IMG/VR virus record: IMGVR_UViG_3300013132_000026
Span: 1 to 64,000 of that record
Source of the DNA: a virus
Length of the DNA stretch: 64,000 nt
Reading direction: 5' to 3' (one strand)
The number at the start of each line of letters is the position of its first letter. The stretch's first letter is position 1. This document shows, piece after piece, positions 37,464 through 47,187 of this stretch. A model generated the notes under the pieces. That model was given only the letters and a program-made list of their open reading frames with translations, ran no database searches and was not told where the DNA came from. The position numbers and the translations under genes are program-made.

Positions 37464-38101
37464 TGTCTCCAAAGATTAAAATACTATTACTTGGACTTAT
37501 AGGTTTGGTATTTTCAGCATACGGTTACGTTCTGTCGGAAAGAACCGTCGAAAACTTCCAAAAATCGGAGCAATGTTTCAAAAATGTAACATACCAACTC
37601 AGTCCGATGTTCGACGCACACACATTGCTGATCGTTGACTCTCACGTTAAAACTGCCCACGGACTAATGTCGTTCGAGGATTTTTGCAAAAACATGGAAG
37701 CGGCAGAAACTACGATCAAAAAAACTTTAAAGAGCTATGAGAAAAATCTCGACTCAGAGACTGAAAAAGAAATGTTTTTAAGTCTTGAGCAACGTTGCGA
37801 AGAGACATTCGATTATGTCAAAAATGTGAAGAAAATTTGCCAAGAAAAGAGCAAAGAAAAGATCGAGGAGCTTATTTCGAACGGCGAACTTTACAAAAAT
37901 ACGGACCCGACATTAGATCTTATTAATGAGGCACTAGAAAAGGAACTTTTACTATCATCCGATTACAATTCTCGCTCGATCAAATCGCTCAAAAACTTCG
38001 AGAAGTTTATAACGATGTTTATGGGTTTTTCAATCGTTTTGTCGGCAGCGGCATTCTTCCCTATAAAAGCCGAGAAAAAGATCAAAAGACGTGTAAAATA
38101 A
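37463..38101 (+). CDS. Membrane protein with two TM segments and a helical extracytoplasmic domain
   Basis: Hydrophobic N- and C-terminal segments flank a charged helical region. Confidence 0.55.
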   Translation: MSPKIKILLLGLIGLVFSAYGYVLSERTVENFQKSEQCFKNVTYQLSPMFDAHTLLIVDSHVKTAHGLMSFEDFCKNMEAAETTIKKTLKSYEKNLDSETEKEMFLSLEQRCEETFDYVKNVKKICQEKSKEKIEELISNGELYKNTDPTLDLINEALEKELLLSSDYNSRSIKSLKNFEKFITMFMGFSIVLSAAAFFPIKAEKKIKRRVK

Positions 38102-38106
38102 CTTAT

Positions 38107-39342
38107 ATGGAACTCGATTTTTCTGAACAAATCTTAGCGAAGAAGCGCCCAGGTCCCAAAAGCTCTGCTCAAACACCAGCCAAACCAGAAGACAGACTGA
38201 AGGGTTCGCCAAAGAACCAGCCTGGCTCCGCTGGCACAAAGCCAGATGCTAAAGAAAAAGCCCAGAAAGCCTTAGAGCGCAAAGACGAAAAGAAAGTCGT
38301 AAAGGCAGCTATCACGTTCAGCGATAAGGTAACAAAAGCTCTGAAGAATAAAGTTCAGCAGCATAACGAAAAACACTCTCGCAAAGTAACGCTTTCACAG
38401 CTTAAGAAAGTATATCGTCGCGGTGCAGGAGCCTTCTCTGCGTCAAGCAGGCCCGGTAAAAGCCGTGGACAGTGGGCAATGGCTCGCGTCAATACTTTTC
38501 TAAGGATGATGGCTGGCGGCAAAGTTAAGGATGCTTACCGTGCCGCTGATCAAGACATCGCAAAAGCCAGCGATAACAACGTCAAAACTCTATCGCAAAA
38601 GTCACTGACATCAATCGACTTTGATGAATATGAGTTGGTTATCGCTGCTTCCGATTTAGTAAAGTCGAACGTCTCGCTCGCAGAAATGGACGAGATGTAC
38701 GAATCAGAAGACGAAGAAGAGTATAACGAAATGTCAGAGGCCGAAAAGAAAACTCTGAACAAGCCGTTTCGCCTTCCTTCTGGTTCAAAGAAGAAGTTCG
38801 GCGTTTACGTTAAGAACGAGAACGGCAACGTCGTTAAGGTAACGTTTGGCGATCCAAACATGGATATCAAGCGCGACGATCCAGAACGCCGCAAGAACTT
38901 CCGTGCTCGCCATCAGTGTGACACGAACCCCGGTCCAAAGTGGAAAGCCCGTTACTGGTCATGCAGAATGTGGGAAGCTGGTAAGTCTGTTACTCAAGTA
39001 ACCAAAGGATCTTACGCAGAGTACATGATGCAGATGGACGAAGTCTACAGTCAAGAAGACTTGATGAAAGAAAATCCATCTTTGAAAGATGTTCCAGAAA
39101 TGGACGAGAATATGGAGGAGATCAAAGAGTACTCAGAAGAGTCTATCGAGATGTCTATTGGCTCACTTTCGTCTGTTAAGATGAAGGCCGAAGAACTCGT
39201 TATGGCGATCCAGTCCAATCAGAAAATTGCTATTGGCGCAACTGAGCCTTGGGTAGCTTCAAAGATCACACTGATCGACGACTACATCAACAGCATCTAC
39301 AATTACCTCATGTTCTCCGAAAAGGGAGAAAAAGAGGATTAA
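38107..39342 (+). CDS. Multi-domain basic/acidic phage protein (probable virion internal protein)
   Basis: LKKVYRRGAGAF..S.RPG...QWAMARVN domain; KKFGVYVKN..GNVVKVTFGDPNM...RKNFRARH.C....ARYWSC domain; PWVASKIT C-terminus; late motif upstream. Confidence 0.55.
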   Translation: MELDFSEQILAKKRPGPKSSAQTPAKPEDRLKGSPKNQPGSAGTKPDAKEKAQKALERKDEKKVVKAAITFSDKVTKALKNKVQQHNEKHSRKVTLSQLKKVYRRGAGAFSASSRPGKSRGQWAMARVNTFLRMMAGGKVKDAYRAADQDIAKASDNNVKTLSQKSLTSIDFDEYELVIAASDLVKSNVSLAEMDEMYESEDEEEYNEMSEAEKKTLNKPFRLPSGSKKKFGVYVKNENGNVVKVTFGDPNMDIKRDDPERRKNFRARHQCDTNPGPKWKARYWSCRMWEAGKSVTQVTKGSYAEYMMQMDEVYSQEDLMKENPSLKDVPEMDENMEEIKEYSEESIEMSIGSLSSVKMKAEELVMAIQSNQKIAIGATEPWVASKITLIDDYINSIYNYLMFSEKGEKED

Positions 39343-39381
39343 TTTTTAGAATATCGCGAGTCATACCCTAAAATCTCGGGT

Positions 39382-40383
39382 ATGACTTACGATCAAATTG
39401 CTCTAGTCCCTCGATATTTTGACGGGTATAGCAGGTCCGACTTGGATGTCGAGACCGAGTTTTTAGGCTATACGTTCAAGCTTCCGGTAGTTCCGGCGAA
39501 CATGAGTTCCGTAGTCGGCGTCGATACTTGCCGCTACTTGGCCAACAACGGGTATTTTTACATCATGCATAGGTTCTTGCATGAAGACGATGGATGGATC
39601 AAGTTCGTGCGGACGGCTAATAAAGAAAATTGGCCGATTATTAGCGTTAGCGTCGGAGTTTCAAACGATGAGCTTGCGCTAATCAAGCGAGTCATTGACG
39701 AACAGCTTCGAATCGATTTTGTTACTATCGATATCGCTCATGGTCACTGCGCATTGATGCAGCGAGCAATCGAGTTCATCAAGAAGACGATGCCCGATGT
39801 TAAGATCATTGCTGGCAACGTTTGCACTTCAGATGGCGCGTTCGATCTTTACAAGTGGGGCGCAGACTGTGTTAAAGTTGGCATCGCTCAAGGTGGCGCT
39901 TGCTCCACTTACGGAAAGACTGGATTCGGACTCGGTATGCCAGAGACGCTAGATACGATCTTTAGCCGAGGTGAGATTTTTCCGATCATCGCTGATGGTG
40001 GAGTCAGAACAAACGGAGATATCGCCAAGGCAATCGCTCTCGCTGGCGAGTCGATGAGATATGCCCATGAAGGCGTTGGCGCGAAAGATCTAACCTATTA
40101 TCCTCCAATTTTGGTTATGGCTGGATCTATTTTTGCAGCCTGCACAGATTCTCCAACCTTCGAAAATGAATCGGGCGAAAAGCTTTATTATGGTTCAGCT
40201 TCGAGAACGCAGAAAGGCCACTCGAAGAATGTCGAAGGCTTTGAAGTTTGGATTCCAAATAACGGAATGACGCTCGAAGAGAAGCTCGAAGAAATCAAAC
40301 AAGATCTTCAGAGTGCAGTTTCGTATTCTGGCGGGACAAGTCTGGAGTCATTAAAGACAACTCCAAATTCATTTTCTAGATAG
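39382..40383 (+). CDS. guaC: GMP reductase (IMPDH/GMPR family)
   Basis: PVVPANM, YIMHRF, TIDIAHGH, IAGNV, VKVGIAQGGACST, IIADGGVR.NGDIAKA, DLQSAVSYSGG. Confidence 0.85.
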   Translation: MTYDQIALVPRYFDGYSRSDLDVETEFLGYTFKLPVVPANMSSVVGVDTCRYLANNGYFYIMHRFLHEDDGWIKFVRTANKENWPIISVSVGVSNDELALIKRVIDEQLRIDFVTIDIAHGHCALMQRAIEFIKKTMPDVKIIAGNVCTSDGAFDLYKWGADCVKVGIAQGGACSTYGKTGFGLGMPETLDTIFSRGEIFPIIADGGVRTNGDIAKAIALAGESMRYAHEGVGAKDLTYYPPILVMAGSIFAACTDSPTFENESGEKLYYGSASRTQKGHSKNVEGFEVWIPNNGMTLEEKLEEIKQDLQSAVSYSGGTSLESLKTTPNSFSR

Positions 40384-40955
40384 TGAATATAATTCAAATA
40401 GGCTGCAATAATTGTGACGATCACGTCTTTGAGTTCGTCTCTCAAAACAAAGATAAAATTACCAACTTTTTGGTGATTGACGCTATGCCCAAGTGCGTAG
40501 AAATAGCAAAAGATAAATATTTTTTTTTGGGCGAAAAGCTAATTGCAATTAATTGCGCCGTTGGTATCGAAAACAGAATCTTACAATTCTTTTATCCAGA
40601 AAATGACGAAACATCGCCCCACGCTTCGATACTTAGTTTCCATGTAAAAAATCACAGACACCCAAATCTAAAGTCTTTTTACGTTCCGTGTTTAAACATA
40701 AACAACATCGTCGATATTTTTGACAATGGAGTCGATAGACTTTACGTCGATATGGAAGGTCTTGATGTAGTCACTCTGCTTTCTTTAGATTACAATAACT
40801 GTAAACCCAAGTACATAGAATACGAGTTCTATCATTCAGACGGGTCTTTTTCTAGCGGTAAAAATCATGCACAGCTAGTCGATCTTTTAAGGAATCACGG
40901 ATACAGCATAAGGAAATCTAGCGAATATAATGCGGTAGCAGAATATAATTCATGA
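40383..40955 (+). CDS. FkbM-family methyltransferase
   Basis: IIQIGCN; INCAVG; LYVDMEGLD; P.YIEYE. Confidence 0.75.
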   Translation: MNIIQIGCNNCDDHVFEFVSQNKDKITNFLVIDAMPKCVEIAKDKYFFLGEKLIAINCAVGIENRILQFFYPENDETSPHASILSFHVKNHRHPNLKSFYVPCLNINNIVDIFDNGVDRLYVDMEGLDVVTLLSLDYNNCKPKYIEYEFYHSDGSFSSGKNHAQLVDLLRNHGYSIRKSSEYNAVAEYNS

Positions 40956-41653
40956 AATTTGGATCTAAAACTGGAGGACTCGGAGATATCCTTCTGCTTA
41001 CATCTGTTTGTAAATATTTCCCAAACAGGTTCACAATTCAACTGCCCAAAGAAAAGGAGCGGTTCAAGATCCTATTTACCGGACTAGCTCAAGTAGAAAT
41101 CTGTGACCAAAACGAAATTCAGCCACTTCTAGATATTGGAACTGGACATTACGCAACAAGAAAGCTTCGAAACTTTTTTGGCGAAGCTGCGGACGGAATG
41201 AACAATCGACCTCTCGTTCTTCACTCGAATCCAGAAGATGAAAAGTGGGCTTACGAGTTTTTAAAAAAGATTGGCCCAGCAGCGGTATTTGTCCCGACCT
41301 GTTCAAAAGAGTGGGCTGCGGTGCGGAATCTTCCAAAGAAGGCTATCGATTTTTCCATCGATCAAATCAAATCCACTGGATCTACGCCAATCGTTTGTCA
41401 ATCATCGAGCAATAGAATCGAGACATCTGAAATCGAACTAGTCGATTTAGACTTGTCTAAATACATTTCTCTGCTGCGCCAAACTGGTGGATACTGTGGA
41501 GCGAATACTGGCGATGAACATTTAGCCGCCGCAGTTGGCTGCATGACATACGTTTTTCAACCTAGGGACGGCAAAGGCTTCTTCGCGTCTGAGTGGAACT
41601 ACGACCACCCCTGTTCAGCTTACTATATTTGGGATGATAACATTACCAGTTGA
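40952..41653 (+). CDS. GT9-like glycosyltransferase
   Basis: GGLGDILLLTSV; YCGANTGDEHLAAAVG. Confidence 0.7.
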   Translation: MKFGSKTGGLGDILLLTSVCKYFPNRFTIQLPKEKERFKILFTGLAQVEICDQNEIQPLLDIGTGHYATRKLRNFFGEAADGMNNRPLVLHSNPEDEKWAYEFLKKIGPAAVFVPTCSKEWAAVRNLPKKAIDFSIDQIKSTGSTPIVCQSSSNRIETSEIELVDLDLSKYISLLRQTGGYCGANTGDEHLAAAVGCMTYVFQPRDGKGFFASEWNYDHPCSAYYIWDDNITS

Positions 41654-41978
41654 TGAGGGCTACGCCTACGATTACTTGGCTATATTGCAAATAAAGGTAA
41701 ACAAGAATGTTGCAAATAGCGGCAATGCTTTTACGCAATGTTACGATCACATCGTGAATGAAGTGGGGACCGATCTGCATTCTCGAATCTGCCGTTCATC
41801 AGAGTTCTTTGCTTTAATACAAGCAAACGAAAAGACTTTCGATTGCGTTGAACGCGCTAGATACGGCGAGATTTCAGCTAAGGAGGTCGATGAAGCAAAT
41901 ATGGGAAGATATCGGTGCAAAGTTAATCTACAAAAGAAATTCTTTCCATTATCTAACGTCACAGAGCAAAAAAGTTGA
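41634..41978 (+). CDS. Conserved hypothetical protein associated with glycosyltransferase loci
   Basis: I.LPVDEG..YD.L.IL.IK...L...N...N..R...K motif. Confidence 0.55.
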   Translation: MITLPVDEGYAYDYLAILQIKVNKNVANSGNAFTQCYDHIVNEVGTDLHSRICRSSEFFALIQANEKTFDCVERARYGEISAKEVDEANMGRYRCKVNLQKKFFPLSNVTEQKS

Positions 41979-42008
41979 ATTAGTTTCTTAAATAAAATCT
42001 TCAAAAAA

Positions 42009-43043
42009 ATGAAAAACGTAATTATTACTGGCGTCACGGGTCAGGATGGCAGTTTAATGGTAGACTTTCTTCTCAAGAACACGACGTACAATATTTATGG
42101 TGCGGTTCGTAGACTCAGCGTTTCGAATCACACGAACATCAGCCATGTAACGAACGAACGTTTCAAGCTGATCGATCTCGATATCACAGATCCGCAAAGC
42201 GTCGAGATTGCAATCGAGAAATACAAACCAGACTATTTCGTCAATTTCGCCGCCAATTCTTTTGTTGGTTCTAGTTGGCAAATGCCAGCTAACCATATGC
42301 ACACGAATTGTCTCGCGGTAATGTATCAACTCGAAGCAATTCGAAAGTTCGCGCCCGCTTGCCGCTACTACAACGCTGGTTCTTCCGAAGAGTTTGGTGA
42401 TGTTCTTTCTGTTCCTCAGAATGAAACGCATCCACTTCGTCCACGCAGTCCATATGGCGCATCTAAAGCTGCTGCTCGCCATATCGTAAAAGTTTGGCGC
42501 GAGTCATATAATGTTTTCGCAGTTCAAGGCTGGCTATTTAACCACGAAGGAGTTCGCAGGGGCAAGGAGTTTGTTACTCGAAAAATCACTACTAATGTTG
42601 CTCGTCTCCGCAAAGAGCTTCGCGATGGGCAAAAGGTAAATCCGCTCAGTCTTGGAAACTTGAGCGCAAAGCGCGACTGGAGCGACGCAGAAGACTTTGT
42701 AGAGGGTGTTTGGCTTATGCTTAATAACTCGACACCCAAGGAGTACGTTCTTTCCTCAAATGAAACCCACACGGTTCGTGAGTTTGTAACGTTATCTTTC
42801 AAGGCTGCTAATATTGAAGGATACTGGGAAGGTGAGGCTGGATCGCTCGAAGAAAAGTTCATTCACCTTGGAACAAAGCAGGCACTCGTAGTTGTTGATC
42901 CAAAGTTCTTCCGCCCAGCAGAAGTCGAGATCTTGCTCGGTGATTCTACATTTGCCCGCAGAGATCTGAATTGGGTTCCGCGCATCTCATTCCAGCAGCT
43001 TGTCACGAAGATGACAGAGAGCGACTTGAAGAATAATCCATGA
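42009..43043 (+). CDS. gmd: GDP-mannose 4,6-dehydratase
   Basis: ITGVTGQDGS; SSEEFG; PRSPYGASK; LFNHEG.RRG.EFVTRKI; LGNL.AKRDW; FRPAEVE.LLGD. Confidence 0.95.
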   Translation: MKNVIITGVTGQDGSLMVDFLLKNTTYNIYGAVRRLSVSNHTNISHVTNERFKLIDLDITDPQSVEIAIEKYKPDYFVNFAANSFVGSSWQMPANHMHTNCLAVMYQLEAIRKFAPACRYYNAGSSEEFGDVLSVPQNETHPLRPRSPYGASKAAARHIVKVWRESYNVFAVQGWLFNHEGVRRGKEFVTRKITTNVARLRKELRDGQKVNPLSLGNLSAKRDWSDAEDFVEGVWLMLNNSTPKEYVLSSNETHTVREFVTLSFKAANIEGYWEGEAGSLEEKFIHLGTKQALVVVDPKFFRPAEVEILLGDSTFARRDLNWVPRISFQQLVTKMTESDLKNNP

Positions 43044-43969
43044 ACAAGTTTCTTAAGTATTGCTTGTTCAATGAGTTAGATACTCGAAGAATCGATCCAC
43101 CGAGAGATCCATTCTCGGTAAAGCTTTACAAGAACGAAGCGCACTTTTCTCTGCGTGACTCGCAGCTAAAGGTCGAGCGTCGGCACGAAAACGTTGATCC
43201 GATGCGATTTAACTTCTTTGTAGACTTCACGCAGCAGACGATCAAACATCTTAACCTTCAAAATCTTAACTTTGGCTTTATAGTTAATTTTAATGACGGA
43301 CCAGAGAACGAGGCCACAGAGACCCGCTTTTGCTTTGCCAGACCTAGAAACAGCCCCCATATCTGCGTTCCTGACTCTCATATAAGCCGATTATCGTCGA
43401 TTTGTGAGGCTATCCCATCTTGGGATATACCCTTTGACGAAAAGCTCGATAAAATGCTCTTTATAGGGTCAGATACGGGTCGAAAGTACCCAGACGGTAC
43501 TGTTCAGCGGGTAAACTTCTGTAAACGCTACCAAAACAGCGAAGAGATCGTTGCTAAGATCAATAACTTCGTTGAACAGCCATTCGACGCCTGCATCTAT
43601 GGCGAAACCGAGTCGATTCGCGATCAACTCAAGTACAAATACTTGTTAAACATTAACGGCAACACAACGTCTTGGGAGCGGCTAATCTGGATCATGAAGT
43701 CAAATTCGTTCTGCGTCTTTTTAAAGCCGCCTGCCCACCAAAATGAGATTTCTTGGTACTACCACTGTTTCGAGCTTCTTCAGCCATTCATTTATATCGA
43801 TGAGCTTGGCGCGGATAACTTTATGGCAGTCGCAAAAGACTTGGAGCCGCAAATCTCTCTGCTGAAAGACTTTCAGAGAAGCTACGCAGAAATGCTCGGA
43901 AAGATCGACTTTCACGCTCATTACTACGCTCAAGTGTTAGTGAACTACAACGCCCTACTTAAAACATGA
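43040..43969 (+). CDS. GT90/CAP10-like glycosyltransferase
   Basis: PFDEK.DK..F.GS.TG; DQLKYKYLLNINGNTTSWERL...SNS. Confidence 0.7.
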   Translation: MNKFLKYCLFNELDTRRIDPPRDPFSVKLYKNEAHFSLRDSQLKVERRHENVDPMRFNFFVDFTQQTIKHLNLQNLNFGFIVNFNDGPENEATETRFCFARPRNSPHICVPDSHISRLSSICEAIPSWDIPFDEKLDKMLFIGSDTGRKYPDGTVQRVNFCKRYQNSEEIVAKINNFVEQPFDACIYGETESIRDQLKYKYLLNINGNTTSWERLIWIMKSNSFCVFLKPPAHQNEISWYYHCFELLQPFIYIDELGADNFMAVAKDLEPQISLLKDFQRSYAEMLGKIDFHAHYYAQVLVNYNALLKT

Positions 43970-44193
43970 ACTCATTCATCGTAATTATACTCGTATCTTT
44001 CGGAGCACTGATGTTTCTCCTCGGCTACTTCTTTCCGTTTCGTATGCGAAAGTTTAAGCCAGAAAAGAAAACTACCAACTCGGATGCGGTTTACTACGTT
44101 GTAAATATTAACTCTACAGATTACGCTTTTACGTTCGAACAGCTTGACGTTGCCGAAAAACGTGCTAAGAAGCTCGACATAGACGTATTCTAA
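43966..44193 (+). CDS. Small membrane-anchored protein
   Basis: N-terminal hydrophobic helix. Confidence 0.55.
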   Translation: MNSFIVIILVSFGALMFLLGYFFPFRMRKFKPEKKTTNSDAVYYVVNINSTDYAFTFEQLDVAEKRAKKLDIDVF

Positions 44194-44819
44194 TGAGCAA
44201 TCAAAACACAGTTGAACTTATCGGTTTCTATGGCGATGACCTAACGCACGCTTGCTCTGCTTGGACATCAACGAGCAGAGAAGTTACTCCAGAGAAGAAG
44301 AGCCGCATTGGTTCGCTTCTTAAAATGCTCGCGGAGAATGGACACCACACTCCATTCGAAAAGTCTTCACTTCACTTCCTAATTAAGACGGATATCGCTA
44401 GTCATGTGCATTTAATCAAGCACCGGGTTGGCGTATCGGTGAACGGCGAGTCTGCTCGCTACAAAGAGATCAAGGAAGACAACTTTTTGCTGCCCGAAGA
44501 TTGGCCCGTAGAGTGGCGCGACATCATGAAAGCGTACACTGAGCGTGGCCTCGATCTTTATCACAAGTGCGTCGAAGATCTTGTTAAGAATCACGGTTTT
44601 GATCGTAAGCGGGCCAAAGAGTCGGCTCGATTCTTCCGACCGTACAATACACAGATCACGTCCGACGTTATGTTCAACTGGCGTTCATTTTATCACTTTT
44701 TAAACCTGAGAAACAAGCCTGACGCTCAAAAAGAGATCCGAGACATCGCAAGTCAGATGCTAGAGCTAGTAAAACAAACAAATAAGTTTCCACTTACAAT
44801 CGAGGCATTTGGAGTGTAA
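44193..44819 (+). CDS. thyX: FAD-dependent thymidylate synthase
   Basis: H.TPFE; KHRVGVSVNGESARY (ThyX motif); KESAR; LRNKPDAQKEIR. Confidence 0.95.
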   Translation: MSNQNTVELIGFYGDDLTHACSAWTSTSREVTPEKKSRIGSLLKMLAENGHHTPFEKSSLHFLIKTDIASHVHLIKHRVGVSVNGESARYKEIKEDNFLLPEDWPVEWRDIMKAYTERGLDLYHKCVEDLVKNHGFDRKRAKESARFFRPYNTQITSDVMFNWRSFYHFLNLRNKPDAQKEIRDIASQMLELVKQTNKFPLTIEAFGV

Positions 44820-44831
44820 ATATGAGTAACG

Positions 44832-45263
44832 ATGCCTACGGAACTTCTCAGCTTATTCGGTGGAGCCGCTACGGGCTTCATTTTCCGTATCATCGCAGTT
44901 AAGGCTCAAGAAAGCCGCGCTCGCTTCGACCGAATGATGCGAGCTATCGACAAGAGCGACGAGTCGGCAGACAGAGCCGCGAAAAGAGACTTAGACGGTG
45001 GGAAAATCGTAAGGCAGTTTATTGTAATTGCCGTAATATTTTCTATCGTCATTTCTCCGTTTGTGATGGCTTTGTTGGACATCCCAACCTATCTGGAAGT
45101 CGATTACCAAGAAGGCGGCGGTCTTTTTGGTCTTCTCGGGTCTAAAACGAACAAAGCTTTCGTTGAGATCGCTGGCAATTTGATCACTTCCGAGATCAGA
45201 CAGTGCTTGATCGCCATTACTGGCTTTTACTTCGGATCTGCATCCGCTTCGAACAAGTCATAA
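44832..45263 (+). CDS. Membrane protein (holin-like)
   Basis: Hydrophobic segments; C-terminal I.GFYFG; GTGTAAA upstream. Confidence 0.45.
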   Translation: MPTELLSLFGGAATGFIFRIIAVKAQESRARFDRMMRAIDKSDESADRAAKRDLDGGKIVRQFIVIAVIFSIVISPFVMALLDIPTYLEVDYQEGGGLFGLLGSKTNKAFVEIAGNLITSEIRQCLIAITGFYFGSASASNKS

Positions 45264-45305
45264 AAGACTTGACATTCTCAACGGTTCCTGTTCTGATCTA
45301 TTCGC

Positions 45306-45635
45306 ATGAAAGCGAAGATCAATAGGAAATCTATCTTAGAGAATCTCTTAAAAGCCCCAGAAGGGGCCGACGCTAATTTCTGGAAGCGCGAGATGACTTT
45401 TCTCAAGCGTCTTGAGAAGAAGTATGGCCTCGCATTTTTGAAGCAATTCGTTCCAAATAAGAAGGTTCCGACGTTGGCATTCTTTTACGCCGATTGGCAG
45501 CAGAAGTTGCTTGAAACCGAGTCGAAGGAGTTTTACTATAAAAACCTTCACAAAGCTGACTTGTCTAAGGTGGACAAAGTTGGAGAGGATGCTGAAGTTA
45601 AACCCAAGAAAACTATTAAAGGATTTTTATCATGA
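45306..45635 (+). CDS. Hypothetical protein
   Basis: ORF downstream of TTGACA at 45269; translationally coupled to recA. Confidence 0.6.
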   Translation: MKAKINRKSILENLLKAPEGADANFWKREMTFLKRLEKKYGLAFLKQFVPNKKVPTLAFFYADWQQKLLETESKEFYYKNLHKADLSKVDKVGEDAEVKPKKTIKGFLS

Positions 45636-46780
45636 GCCGCAAAGCAAAAGAAGAAGAAAAAGACGACACAATCTCATCAAAGAGCATTTTAGGTTCTTTC
45701 TTAAAGAACAACAAAGAGGACCATTACAATTTCGAGAACGTAGTAAACTATCGCGTATCGACTGGTTCGCTTAATCTAGATATGCAGACAGACGGAGGTC
45801 TTGGGCCGGGTCTGCACCGATTCGTTGGATTTACAGAAGGAGGCAAAACTTCTGCCGCTCTTCAAGTTATGCTTAACTTTTTGAAGACGGTCCCAAAAGG
45901 CAAAGGTTTTTACGTCAAAGCAGAAGGACGCCTTTCCGATGAGATGATGAAGCGTTCGGGCATAAAGTTTGTATTTGATGCCGACGAGTGGGAAGATGGA
46001 ACGTGCTTCGTATTCGAATCGAACATCTACGAAACTGTTGTAGACGCAATGCGCCAACTTGTTCAGTTTAACGAAGAGGAGAACAAGTATATGTTTATCC
46101 TAGATTCTGTTGACGGTCTAATCACGAAGGGCGATTTGGCTAAGACTTTCGAAGACTCTACAAAGGTAGCTGGCGGCGCAGTTATCGCGGCCAACTTCAT
46201 GAAGCGTATGTCCATCGGGCTGTCGAAGCGCGGCCACATGGCAATCTTTATTTCTCAGGTCCGTAGCGACATTAAGCTCGATCCGTACTCAGCGGCTCCG
46301 ATTCGCCAAACTTCAGCAACTGGCGGCAACGCTCTGCTTCACTTCTCGAACTTCATCTTTGAATTCGAACCACGATTCGAGGGCGACGTAATACTTAAAG
46401 ACCCCTCGATCAAGAAAGCCGATCCAGTTAAGAATCCGATCATCGGTCATATGTGCAAGATTTACATCAAGAAGAGTCCAAACGAAAAGAGCAAGACTCG
46501 TTTCTCGTACCCAATTAAGTATGGCAGAAGTGATGGTCGATCCATTTGGGTCGAGAAGGAAATCGTAGAGATGCTGCTCCTTTGGGAACTCGTCACAAAG
46601 GCTGGAGCTTGGTACAACATTACCGACGACTTAGCCGCGCTCTTGAAGGAAAACGGTCTTTCCATGCCCGAAAAGTTTCAGGGAGAGAATGCCCTGTTCT
46701 CACATATCGAGTCTGATCAAAAACTTGTAAGCTTCTTGCACAAATACTTCGTTGAAGAGATCGCGAGCAAACGGGAATGA
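45632..46780 (+). CDS. recA: RecA/UvsX-like recombinase
   Basis: STGSLNLD..GG; Walker A GFTEGGKT; ILDSV; ISQVR; TGGNALLH; K.GAWY. Confidence 0.9.
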   Translation: MSRKAKEEEKDDTISSKSILGSFLKNNKEDHYNFENVVNYRVSTGSLNLDMQTDGGLGPGLHRFVGFTEGGKTSAALQVMLNFLKTVPKGKGFYVKAEGRLSDEMMKRSGIKFVFDADEWEDGTCFVFESNIYETVVDAMRQLVQFNEEENKYMFILDSVDGLITKGDLAKTFEDSTKVAGGAVIAANFMKRMSIGLSKRGHMAIFISQVRSDIKLDPYSAAPIRQTSATGGNALLHFSNFIFEFEPRFEGDVILKDPSIKKADPVKNPIIGHMCKIYIKKSPNEKSKTRFSYPIKYGRSDGRSIWVEKEIVEMLLLWELVTKAGAWYNITDDLAALLKENGLSMPEKFQGENALFSHIESDQKLVSFLHKYFVEEIASKRE

Positions 46781-47187
46781 AATTTAAAACCATCAATGGC
46801 AAAGAGCGTTTCTTAAAAAACGCAAAGAATTATGCTGTGAAATGGGACAAAGGCTGCAGAAGCAAAATCCAGTTTCGCGTAAAGCAGTTTCTTTATCCTT
46901 ATTGGAAGCACGACATTGTGTTCGAAGAGTTGCGCATCGTAGGCACGCGCCTATCTTTGGACCTTTACAACGCCAACAAGAAGGTCGCCATTGAGGTTCA
47001 GGGCAAGCAGCACCAGACTTATAATGAATTTTTTCACGGGAATGATCGCCAAAAATGGCTATCGCAACTCAGAAGAGACGATCTTAAGTTGAATTTCTGC
47101 TTGACAAACGGTATTAAGCTCATAGAGATCTACGAAGACGACGAACTGTCGCTAGACTTGTTCGCCAAATATGGACTCATCTTATGA
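46777..47187 (+). CDS. PD-(D/E)xK endonuclease (Vsr/DUF559-like)
   Basis: LDLY....VAIEVQGKQH...RDDLK..FC..NGIKLIEI. Confidence 0.75.
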   Translation: MKFKTINGKERFLKNAKNYAVKWDKGCRSKIQFRVKQFLYPYWKHDIVFEELRIVGTRLSLDLYNANKKVAIEVQGKQHQTYNEFFHGNDRQKWLSQLRRDDLKLNFCLTNGIKLIEIYEDDELSLDLFAKYGLIL

